Of a stretch of 64,000 nt of DNA, positions 37,601 to 48,212 are shown in pieces. Below the pieces are notes generated by a model. The model ran no database searches. It was not told where the DNA came from and saw only the letters and a program-made list of their open reading frames with translations. The translations under genes were made by a program, and so were the position numbers. The stretch spans positions 68,138,001 to 68,202,000 of the forward strand of contig NW_024704746.1 of the NCBI RefSeq assembly GCF_018977255.1, written 5' to 3'. Position 1 is the first letter of the stretch, and the number at the start of each line of letters is the position of its first letter. This DNA comes from Callorhinchus milii (taxonomy: Eukaryota).

Positions 37601-40230
37601 CTACAAGAGTAAACAACAACATTTCATTTGTACAGCGCCTTTCACGTCAGGAGGACACCCCAAGGCCTGGACAGCGAACAGCATTTCAGATCCGAGCTGG
37701 GGGTCAGGGAGGGGGAGGGGAGGGGAAGGGGCGCGGCCGATGGAATGGTCGAAGAGGAAGGTTTTGAGGTGGGACTTGAAGGAGGCTACGGAGGCGGAGG
37801 GGGTGGAATTCCAGCGGTTGGGGGCAGAATGGCTGAAGGCTCTCCTGCCAATGGTGGGGTGGGTGGGTCGGGGAACGTGGAGCAGCCGGAGCCGGCTGAG
37901 CGGAGTGAGCGGGCGGGTTGGTAGGGGGTCAGCAGGTCGCAGAGGTAGGGTAGGGTGAGGCCATGGAAGGCTTAGTAGGTGAGGACCAGGCTCTGTGTTA
38001 ATGCTAGCACAGTAACTACCTATACAGCAAAACAGGACTGTATGGTCTGGGTGAGTTTTTGTAGCCAATATGATGTTATATTCGACTAACAGCTTGGTTC
38101 CCACTTACTGCTGGTAAACAGAAGCGTGTGGAATAAGGAAACGTGCCTAAGGTTTCGCCCTGCCCGGGGAATTGAACCTGCAAAGCGAGTGCTCTAACCA
38201 CTACAGTCCGTGATGTATGGGAAATGTGTATTTATGGTTTTCATTGTCTGCCTACTGACTGATTGTTCTCTCTCACTCTCTTTCTCCCCCGCACCCCCCT
38301 TCCCAATTCTAGTAAAAAAGATCGGATTAAGTTGGCGGACAGCGGAGCAATGATCTGGAGAAATATTGCCTTACCAATAACAGACAATCCAGAGCATGTT
38401 GTGGAGGTAGAGTGATCTACTTGTGTGGGATATTCACATGTTCAGACCTATATTATAGCATCCCTTCTATGTGGAAAAAAATAGGGGCAGGTTCAAGGCA
38501 GTGGATTGGCTCAGTAGGTTGCACTCTCACCTCTTGAGTTTGAAAGACGTGGCAACGTAAGGTCTCTCACTCCAGTGCAATGCTGGGGGGCAGCACTGCA
38601 TTTGTCTTTTTAGGTGAGATGTTAAACTGTCTCCTGGTTTCCTGGCCAACAATCCCCAGATAAAATAAAATTGGTCGCCAACTTCATAGCTGTTCATGGG
38701 ACATTGCTCCGTGCAAATTGGCTGCTGGGTTTGCCTACAGCATACACTTTACAGAAATAGGCAGAGAAGAACTCTCAGATGTTTTTACTTGATGTAAGGA
38801 CACTATCTAGTTTTTACTGTTAAACTTCTTCCTGAATCATTCGGTTGTCAGGTTGCCAAAATCAGATGCCCTTTGATGTTGATTGTGGGGGAAGATGATC
38901 AGAACTGGCCTGTCCCGGAAGCAACTGTTGAAGTAAGTTCATTGATCCTCAGTGTGGGATGGGATAGTAATCCAGTGGTAGCTCTCTCTCTCTCTTGTCT
39001 CTGAGTCAGAAGATGTGGGTTTAAGCTATCAGAACTTGGAATCACACAGTCTAAGCTGATGCCCAAATGCCGCGCTGGGGGGTGTTGCATTGTCAGAGAC
39101 GCCATCCTTCGGATGAGATGTTAAACCTCACTCCCTGTCTTCCCGTTCAGGTGATTGTTCAAATAGCACTATTTGAAAAGAGAAGCAAGCTTCTCTTTCC
39201 TGGTGTCCTGGCCAACAATCCCCCAAATAAAATTGTCCGCTCAAACCACGACTGTTTGTGGGACACTCTTGTGCGCGAATTGGCTGCTGCGTTTCGTCCA
39301 CCGTAAGTCCACTTTGCAACATATTCTGAGAAGTGCTTTGAGATGGTCTCAACATCGTGATAAGGGTACTATGTCAAACACAAGGATTATTATTATTATT
39401 ATTTCTTTCAGATCACCAAGTTAATGAAGACTGCAAAAAATGCTCACTTGCTCACGGTACTCTCCTACCCTGGAGCCGGACATCTTATTGAGCCTCCATA
39501 TAGCCCGCATTGCAGGGAATCCAAGTTCAAAATCAACTCCACCCAGCAAAGAGGTCAGATGGAAATCAGGACTGCAAACATTTACACACGGACTGGGCTC
39601 GCAACAGTGGAGTCTAGTAGCTTAGTGGTTAGAGCACTCGCCTCGCAAGCGATCGTTTGACTCCAAGGCAGGGTGAACGTTGGCCAAGTTTCCTTACTCC
39701 ACACACCTCTGTAAACCTAGCAGCAAGTAGGAACCCAGTTTTTAGTCAATTGGTGGATCTCTTTCCGGGGATAATAATCCCTTTTTTAAAAAATAATAAT
39801 GTGGTCACTCAATCCATGGCTGCTGTGCACGATTGGCTGCTGCATTTCGCCTACAAAATACAGTCACTACACTTTACAATATATCCTATGAAGTGCTTTG
39901 AGACATCTGAATGATGTGATAAGGCACTATATCATATACAAAGATTATTATTATTATAAGTTAAGGCATTAAAAGAAGAGCAATTTTTCAGCAAAGAAAG
40001 AGCGAGCTCCTGGTCCACTACTGGCACCTGTGCCCACCACACCATGAGGGCTTTCCTCCTCAGCACTTGTTTTACACTCGCCTTTTGTTTTTGCAGTGAT
40101 CCTGTTGTGGGGAGGAGATACCAAAGCTCATTCCTATGCACAGGAGGACTCCTGGAGAAAGATCTTGGCCTATCTGGAGAAGCACACCGTTCTCAGACAC
40201 CAAACTTCGGCAGCCCAGTGCAAACTTTAA
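31491..40230 (+). CDS. ACOT-like: Type-I acyl-CoA thioesterase (ACOT/BAAT family, multi-exon fish type), 440 aa; join(31491-31695,32327-32426,33082-33269,34546-34721,35902-36021,36503-36585,38313-38406,38852-38932,39412-39553,40097-40230)
   Basis: Ten AG/GT exons, 1323 bp in frame. Motifs GTLFLPPGPGPFPAVLD, EYRASLLASRGF, nucleophile GLSYG, GEDD, YPGAGHLIEPPY, WGG..HSYAQEDSW; C-terminal CKL (PTS1). Confidence 0.95.
32327..32426 (+). CDS. ACOT-like: ACOT exon 2
   Basis: GGTYTGREPMGLIWSM. Confidence 0.92.
32657..33027 (+). mobile_element. Same SINE (ACOT intron 2)
   Basis: Head-body-tail. Confidence 0.88.
33082..33269 (+). CDS. ACOT-like: ACOT exon 3
   Basis: ERSYIAPGV..GTLFLPP. Confidence 0.92.
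34546..34721 (+). CDS. ACOT-like: ACOT exon 4
   Basis: GPGPFPAVLDMWGGGGG..YFE. Confidence 0.93.
34886..35292 (+). mobile_element. Same SINE (ACOT intron 4)
   Basis: Head-body-tail. Confidence 0.87.
35902..36021 (+). CDS. ACOT-like: ACOT exon 5 (catalytic Ser)
   Basis: AILGLSYGVSLAL. Confidence 0.93.
36503..36585 (+). CDS. ACOT-like: ACOT exon 6
   Basis: PSCLVCISGSH. Confidence 0.88.
38313..38406 (+). CDS. ACOT-like: ACOT exon 7
   Basis: phase 2-0, GAMIWRNIALP. Confidence 0.85.
38852..38932 (+). CDS. ACOT-like: ACOT exon 8 (catalytic Asp)
   Basis: CPLMLIVGEDDQNW. Confidence 0.92.
39412..39553 (+). CDS. ACOT-like: ACOT exon 9 (catalytic His)
   Basis: YPGAGHLIEPPYSPHC. Confidence 0.92.
39609..39958 (+). 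mobile_element. Same SINE (ACOT intron 9)
   Basis: Head-body-tail. Confidence 0.87.
40097..40230 (+). CDS. ACOT-like: ACOT exon 10 (PTS1 CKL*)
   Basis: ILLWGGDTKAHSYAQEDSWRKIL..QCKL*. Confidence 0.93.
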
Positions 40231-41389
40231 AATGAATGAGAAATGAAACTGGAAATGCACGAGCAGGTGAAGGAGAGCAGGTTCCTGTCCCCTGTGTCGT
40301 CATGCACATGCTGATCAGCCTGAATCTATCATGAACAGTGAGAGAAAAGATTTGTGTCCTGATTACTGTGGCTTAATTCTCCCCAGGATTAACACTATTT
40401 TTTCTCTCCACACACCATTTGGCCCCAGGTGTTTTTAGCTGATTTACCCTACCTCTTCAATGCCTTTAACTACCTGGTTAGTTTGGTGCATCAGACATTT
40501 GTTTCGTGGGTTCAGGTTATCAATATCTAAACTGAAATGCTGAAATGTTTCCTATTGAGGTTTTCAGACCCCAATTAAATGCACACGTGTCAGGTTGGCT
40601 CTGTCTCCGCCTCTGTCGTTGTTAGGTTCAAGCCCCAAATTGAGCCTTTGAGCTGACAATCCAGCCAGGCCCGAGGAGGAGTGCTACATGTCGCAGGCAC
40701 CAAGCTTTGAAATCAAACCAACCTCTTGTCAACCTTGGCAGATTGCTTTCTAGGGGTAATAATCCCTTTTTTAAAAAAAAATTATTTGGTCACTCAATCC
40801 ATGACTGTTTGTGGGACACTGCTGTGCACAATTGGCTGCCGCGTTTCACGCTCAAAAATATAGTCAATTCACTTTGCAAAGCGGTTTGAGACGTCCCAAA
40901 GACGTGGTAAGGCACAATATCAACTGCAAATATTATTATTATTTTCATTCAAAGTGGAGCAACTGATGAGATACAACTAAAGACCTCATTCCTTTTTATT
41001 GTGAATGAGACATTAAATCAAGACCCCGTATGAGCCTGTTGAGGTGCACACTGAAGATCCTTTTAAAAAAAAAGGGAGATTCTCTTTCTCTCTCTCCCCT
41101 GGAACGCTGGCTAACAGTTCCCCAGATAAAATTGGTCCTTCATTTTGTGAGATGTTGCAGTGCGTAAATTAGCAGCCGGGTTTGTCTACAAAATACAGTT
41201 ACTACACCATACCTGCCAACTCTATGGATTTTCCCAATAGACTGCATAGAATAAAGGGACTGCTTTTATGTCTATCTATGGCTCTATGGGGAAAACTTAA
41301 CAGTCTACAGGACAAAAGGCGCAATAGTATTTATAAATTTACCTCTGCTCTGTTGATGTCTGACACATGCGGAAACACGTCACTGTGTG

Positions 41390-41900
41390 TAAGAGTCGCC
41401 AAACCCAACTGAGAATTCCTTGCATCCCACCTACACATGGAAATGCAAGAGATAGATTGTTGGATTGGAATGCTCTCTCTCTCTCCGGAGAGTATTAGGC
41501 GCAGGTTGGCACGAGCCAAGGCTTGGGGGTGGGAGCCCAGAGTGTGCATTGGGAGTAACTGCTGGAGTCTAACCAGCTAAACCCACACATAGCACGGCCA
41601 TTGAGAGAGAGCGCTGTCTGGCAAGCTTTCCCACTGCTTGTTCGATAGGGCATTGGCTGCAGGGTTAACAGGAGGTGTACCGATCAGTATGTGGGCATCC
41701 ATGTGGAATGGATTTTGAGCTCATGGAATAATTTCAAGCTTCAAGAGACCGGAACAACGTTTCTGAGCATGCACACCGAACCTCCGCCAAGCACCAGAAA
41801 AGGTAACAGGACTAGTTATGTGTTAAGTGGCGTGACAAGTCAAGCAGAGGACCTTATTAACAGCAACCGGAATATTGACAGCACGACAACTTAAGTGGTA
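41390..41900 (+). repeat. Unclassified old interspersed repeat (possibly LTR-like); related copies near 1-330, 3790-4260(-), 20300-20600, 28600-28990, 42690-42960(-)
   Basis: Shared blocks gtaactgctggagtctaacc, cagggttaacagga, catggaaat..ggaatgctctctct. Confidence 0.6.
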
Positions 41901-44043
41901 GTGACAAATTAATCCAGGGTCCTATTATCAGTTTACTGCATCTTATATGGTTCCATAGCACCAGAATATTTCAGCACAATTATTATATGTACAATATATG
42001 TACAATAATACATTTTCCGACTTATTTTTATTCTTTCAGCACTTTTATATTGATTAGACACCAGGTAATAAATGACTTGAAACTGGCTCCTATCCTGAGT
42101 GGTGTGAATTGTGACATATTTCCTTCCACTGTTCCTTCCCCCTAAAACCTTAAAGGATGAAACGAGATGAGGTATATGTAACGTTGAGTCCTGCAGCTCA
42201 TTGCCTCGCGTGCAATAGGACCTGGGTTTGATTCCACAGTAGGGTGAAACGTTGGGAAAGTTTTGTTACTCCATACGCCTCCATTTATCAAGCAGGTAGT
42301 AGGAACCCTGTTGTAAATCGCTTTTCCGGGCTTAATAATCCCTTCAAAAATAAATAAATAATAATAATTTGGTCGCTCAATCCATGACTGTGGGACACTG
42401 CTGTGCACAATTGGCTGCTGCATTTCGCCCACAAAATATCGTCAAATCACTTTACACTATTATTCTGTGAACTGCTCTAAGACTTCTCAAAGACGTGATA
42501 AGGATTATTGTTAAAACCCGCAATGGACTCTGCCTCTAACCCCTTACTTGGCAGCACATTCTACATCCCAATAACTCTTGAGTGAAACAAAAAAAAAACC
42601 TAAACTCTCCTTTCGCTCTTCTTGGGACTATGTCTGCATCCTCCATTCACCGACCAGGAGAATTTTTGATGCTGATTTGGCTCAGATGACGTGCCTGACA
42701 ACAGAATGTTGGAATGAGTCAACCCCCTGTGGTGGTCTCTAGTCTGGTTCCTGAGCCAGTTGGATCCGCAGTGTTCCAGGGCACTGCTGATGACAGCACA
42801 GCCCAGCCTGGCTCATCGGCAGGACCTGGAAGGCCTGACCAGTCAGGGAATCAGCCCACTCAGCTCCTGTTAAACCTGCAAGCCAAAGCCCTAAGGGGTA
42901 GGGCTGGTAGCTGGAAAAATAACAGGAAGCCAAATCCATCAATCGCCACCATAGGTCCTTGTCAACACTGAAGTATATACATAAGATAAGATATTTAGTT
43001 AAAACTTGTGTCCACTGTTGGAAGAAAGATGTTTCAGTTCGGAGCGTACCCTGGGCATGAACGGGTTCGGAGGCTAATGCCCTCGGTAAATGCATCATAT
43101 ATTGCTGATATGTTTGTTGTCAGAAGTAATGACTGATACAATTTACAAAGGTATAAGGCATTCAAAAAGACACTTCTCTGCTCTGCATTGTTACGCAGTG
43201 AGGAGGCCTGTAGCTTAGGGGTTAGAGCACTCGCCTCGCAAGTGTGAGGACCTGAGGGTGATTTCCGGGCAGGGCAAAACATTGGGCCAGTTTCCTTACT
43301 CCACACACTCACCTCTGTTTACCCTACTTGCCCGCACCCCCTCTCAGCACTAACCTGTCTTTGATCTCAAAGTTCCAACAATGCTTCTTGAACCCATAAC
43401 CTTCTGACTCAGAGGTGAGAGCGCTATCATTGAGCCAGGGTTACACAAAGCAAAATAATAATGATAATAATAATTCTTGCATTTGATATAGTGCTTTATC
43501 AAGTTTGAGACATCTCAAAACGCTTCAAAGGATTGACTATTTTGTGAGCGAAATGCGGTAACAAATTGCATACAGCAGTGTCCCATAAACAGTCATGGAT
43601 TGAGTGACCCAAAATTATTTTGAGAAATTACTACCCTGGAATGGCAATATCATAGGTTTATATCCTGATGTTAAATCAAAATCAAATGGCAATGATTTCT
43701 TTAACAAGTGTGCAGTTCGTGGGGCTTAGGGAAAAAAGTTCTAAAACAAGACCTCTGTCAAATATTTACTCATTTATCTCTTATCAAATTGGAGCACACC
43801 CTCTCTGAGATAGGAATTCTATCTTTCTGTGATAGTGCTGTTAGGAAATGTCTAACCAGCTGCCCATTTACTCAGTGATCGACACCTCCCTTCTCCCAGA
43901 CCTTCACGCCGTGATCAGGGAGTATGTATGTTTGTTCAGGCCAACACCTCAGTTCTTCTATTTCATGTTTCTCAGCAGAGCGCCTTGTCACAACCAACCC
44001 GCCTGAGAACAGTGTGGAGGAACTCTGCATCTCAACAGACATC

Positions 44044-46534
44044 ATGGTTTCCAGTTTGCTGGTTGTGGTATTCTTGGGAACAATTGCGTTGAGAGCTGAG
44101 GCGGCTGGAGCCAGTGATGGTAAGAATATAATGAAAGTCAAGATTGCAGCATCTGATGGGCATTATGCCAAAACAAGTATATTTGGCTGAGTGACAGAAA
44201 GCAGAGGGTGGTGGTTAATGGGTGTTTCTCGAAATGGAAGGAGGTGTGCAGCGGTGTCCCCCAGGGATCGGTATTGGGACCACTGCTCTTTCTAATATAT
44301 ATTAATGATCTGGACTTGGGCATAGAGAACACTATTTCCAAGTTTGCAGATGATACCAAGTTAGGTCGGGCAGTAAATAGTGAGGAGGACTGTAACCAAC
44401 TGCAGGCAGACATACACAGAATGGTGGAATGGGCTGACATGTGGCAGATGGATTTCAATGTGGATAAGTGTGAGGTGATACACTTAGGGAGGAAAAATGA
44501 TAGGAGGCAATATAGACTTGGAGCTCAATCTTAAGGGGGGTGAACGTACAGAGAGATCTGGGTGTTCAAGTAAGCAATTCATTAAAGGTAGTGGGGCAGG
44601 TAGATAAGGCAGTAAAAAAGGCATTTGGTGTACTGAGCTTTATTAGTAGGGGCATAGAGTACAAGAGTAGGGGTTATGGTTAATCTGTACAAAACACTGG
44701 TTAGGCCTCAGCTGGAGTACTGCGTCCAGTTCTGGGCACCTTACCTCAGGAAGGACATTAAGGCACTGGAAAGGGTGCAGAGGAGATTCACGAGAATGAT
44801 ACCAGGAATGGGGAACCTTAGCTATGAGGACAGGCTGGAGAAGTTAGGACTTTTCCCATTAGAGCAGAGAAGGTTACGTGGGGACCTGATAGAGGTCTTC
44901 AAGATCATGAAAGGTTTCGACAGGCGAGATAGGGAAAAGCTATTTCCGCTGGTAGGTGTGTCTGTGACTCGTGGTCACAGTCTTAAGATATCTACCAAAA
45001 GAAGCAGAAGGGAGGTTAGAAGACATTTTTTCACTCAGCGAGTTGTTGGGATTTGGAATGATCCGCCCGAAAGGGCAGTGAAGTCCGATTCGACAACAGC
45101 TTTTAAGAGAGAACTGGACAGGTATCTGGGGAAGACGGGTTTGCAGGGTTATGGGGAGAAAGCAGGTGAGTGGGGTTAATAAAAGTCAGTTGCTCTGTCA
45201 AAGAGCCGCACAGACTCGATGGGCCGAATGGCCTCCTTCTGTGCCATAACATTCTATGAATCTATGAATCTATGAATTTGGATGATATGTTCTGTAATTT
45301 TTTTTGTGTGTGATAAGGAGAGGGCATTTTAAATATTTACAGAAACTACAGTATTGTAATTAATTAGGTTACCATACAGAACTTGTCTTTGACCCTGGCG
45401 TGAAGCGCTGAGGACATGTCTAAATATCTGGATTAACATGATTCAGTCAGAAGCATGCTCGCCTCTGGGTCAACAGATTGTGGTTTCCTACCCCTCATTG
45501 GTACTTGAGCTCGAAGATCTGGCTGACTCTCCAGCCTGGTGCTGGGAGAACGCTGCATTGTTCGAGGTACGATCATTCAAATGAGACATTAAACCAAGGT
45601 CCCATCAGCCCTTTGTAGTGTAGCGCAATTCAGAGAGAGAAACTCTCTTCTCCTTTCAATTATTGCCGTGGGATATTTAAAGTCTCTCTGAACAGGCAGA
45701 TGAGGCATCGGTTTAATGTTCCAAAGGAACGACACCTACAGCAATCCAGTGCTCCCCCGGTGTGTTAGCTGAAAATCCCCAACATTGAGCTCAAACCTTC
45801 TGAACCAGAGGCAATGGTCTCCCCAGTGAGCCGGGCTGACAATTTCCTAGTGATGCTGCTTTGATCATTGACCAGGTTTTGTCATTTCTTCGTTGAACAG
45901 AACCTCAGGTCGCTGTGAAAATCAACGCTCGGGGAATCATGAGAGGCTACTCGCCTGTCCTGAAAGATGGCTGTTTTACAAGTTTGCCTACTACAGCTTC
46001 CACACAATAAACCTGGGCGGCAGCCGAGATACTGATAGTTTTAATATTGACTCTTCACATATGTAAACTCAGAGCAACTACAATACACAGATGACAAGAG
46101 GGTGGATATAAGTCCAGGATGTGTAGGGCAGGTTTCAAAAAGAGACCAGGAGATATTCATCTGTCGGCCTGGCTCAGTTAATAGCATTCCCCACTCCGAG
46201 TCAGAAGATTGTTCAATCCACCTTGCATCAGGACTTTGAGCTCACAGTATAGGTTGTCACTCCAGCTCAGTGCTGTAATGGGGGACCCAGGGGGTGCTGC
46301 ACTGTCCTTCAGGTGGGAGTGGGGAGCAAGCACTAGCACGACATGATGGGGAGAGAGCAGGGAATGGGGTTAGAGTAGAGAGCTCCAGCAGTGGAGCGAG
46401 CACAAGCACAGGCATGATGGGGAGAGAGAGAGAGAGAGCATGACTCAGTGGAAAACAATATAGTTGCTGCAATAATAATGGAGAAGGAGAAAGAAGATGT
46501 CAGGGTCTGGATTGGATGGCATGTTCCTGAAGAG
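44044..46534 (+). pseudogene. Secreted C-type lectin pseudogene: leader 44044-44119, exon 45901-46028, exon remnant 46439-46534
   Basis: Leader MVSSLLVVVFLGTIALRAEAAGASD G|gtaaga. Second exon reads CPERWLFYKFAYYSF..TWAAAE only across two frameshifts, and its donor is AT instead of GT. Third reads HDSVENNIVAAII..VWIGWH|gtaaag, with its 5' end replaced by a repeat. No last exon found. Confidence 0.7.
44185..45276 (+). mobile_element. 5'-truncated CR1 LINE (RT C-terminus + 3' tail)
   Basis: [41 protein letters not shown]; (tctatgaa)n tail. Confidence 0.95.
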
Positions 46535-48136
46535 GTAAAGCAATCAGGTGTGGACACTGATCTCTAGTCGCGCATTCCCAGGATCAGTGCCAATCTGGGA
46601 GACATTGTGCGAGGAATACAACAACAACTTGCATTTACATAACGCCCTTAATGCAGGGTAGCATCTCAGAATGCTTAACAAAGGTCTAGTTTGACTCAGA
46701 GAGAGAGGAGGTGACCGAGGTGACACAATTTTGTGACTGTGACTTTTATGGGCCTTGGCGCAGGGATTGGTCATGGCACAGCAAAGGCCACCGTCCACAG
46801 TGATGGAGTCTGGGAGCTCAGCGAGAGGACCTGGGTTCGTATCTTAGGCTGGATGAAACCTTAGGCAAGTTTCCTTACTCCACATGCCTCTGTTTGCCAA
46901 TTATTAAGTAGGAACCTGGTTGTTAGTCGATTGGCAAATCGCTTTCCTCGGGTAAAAATCCCTTTAAAAAATAAAAAATTTGGCTCACCCAATCCACGGG
47001 TGTTTGTGGAATACTGCTGTGTGTAATTGTGTGCTACATTTCACTCACAATATACAGTCAATCCATTTTACAATATATTCTGTGAAGTGCTTTGAGCATC
47101 TCAATGACATGATAAGGCGCCATATCAAATGCAAGGATGATTATTAAATAAAACCAAAGGTGAGGTAAGCATGAAACCCAGTAAGGACAGAACCGAGAGG
47201 AGTGGAGCACAGAGAAAAGGCGGTGGAGAAGCACAGAATGGTCAACAGTGTCAAAGACAAGACAAGGAGTCAGAGAGAGCCTTGATGACAAATGGAAAGT
47301 CGTTTGTGACATTGACCAGGGCATTCAAACAACAGCGATTCCATAGAGTTTCTGGGAATAAGCAAATAGCAGCAATTAAATCTGCCTTTACTGAAGGAGG
47401 GGCATAGTCCAAAGTAGAATTCCCGTAACTGTAGTATGCAGATGAGAAGAGGTATGGATATAAAAGAGATAACATAGCTCATGACATTGCACTTGCTCTG
47501 GACAAGTTGTAATATGAATCGTAAGGAAAGTGCAGACTCCTAGATTGGGACGTGAGTAAGGTAATTCCGATATTTACACGAGGAGATCAAGAACGCAGAA
47601 CGAGGTAAGTTTAACATCAGTTATGTAAAGAAAAATCTGGAAGAGTGTTAAGAGAACAATCTAATGTAGAAAATCACCTCTTGCCCCATATCAGTCGGCT
47701 TTTTGATCTGTGAAAAGGAGGTCATGTTTATCAAAGTGTCAAAATGTACCAGTTTGACTGTGCTTTCAGTCTCGTTCCCCTCCTCACCCCCCCCAGCTCA
47801 GGTGCTATTCCAGCACTGTCAATCACTTTGAGAAGTCCTCCGGATGTGAAAGGCGCTGGATAAATTGCAAATTGTATTTTATTGTAAAAGTGGAATTTTA
47901 GGTATTATATCATCGGAAACATTGAATGCAAATGCACAGAGGAAATGTTAAATTTACACAGGACATTTAGTTAAGCAACAGTTTGGATGCAGTTTTGAGT
48001 ATTGCCTATGCCTGCTTTTAACAAAGGATTGGATCTCCATGTATTCCCACCACTGTTCTACAAGTATTTTGGCCTTTTTATGTTGCAGAAGGTGCCAACT
48101 CTACTCTCTGACGGGAACACAGTGAACCATCTACCA

Positions 48137-48212
48137 ATGGCAAGCATGACGTTCCTCCAAAGACTTTGTTTGGTTCTTGGGTACTGTGTCTTGGCTCAGG
48201 CGTTATCTCCTG
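48137..48212 (+). CDS. Cephalotoxin-like signal-peptide exon
   Basis: MASMTFLQRLCLVLGYCVLAQALSP G|gtatgt; acceptor at 48088 implies a further 5' UTR exon. Confidence 0.8.
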
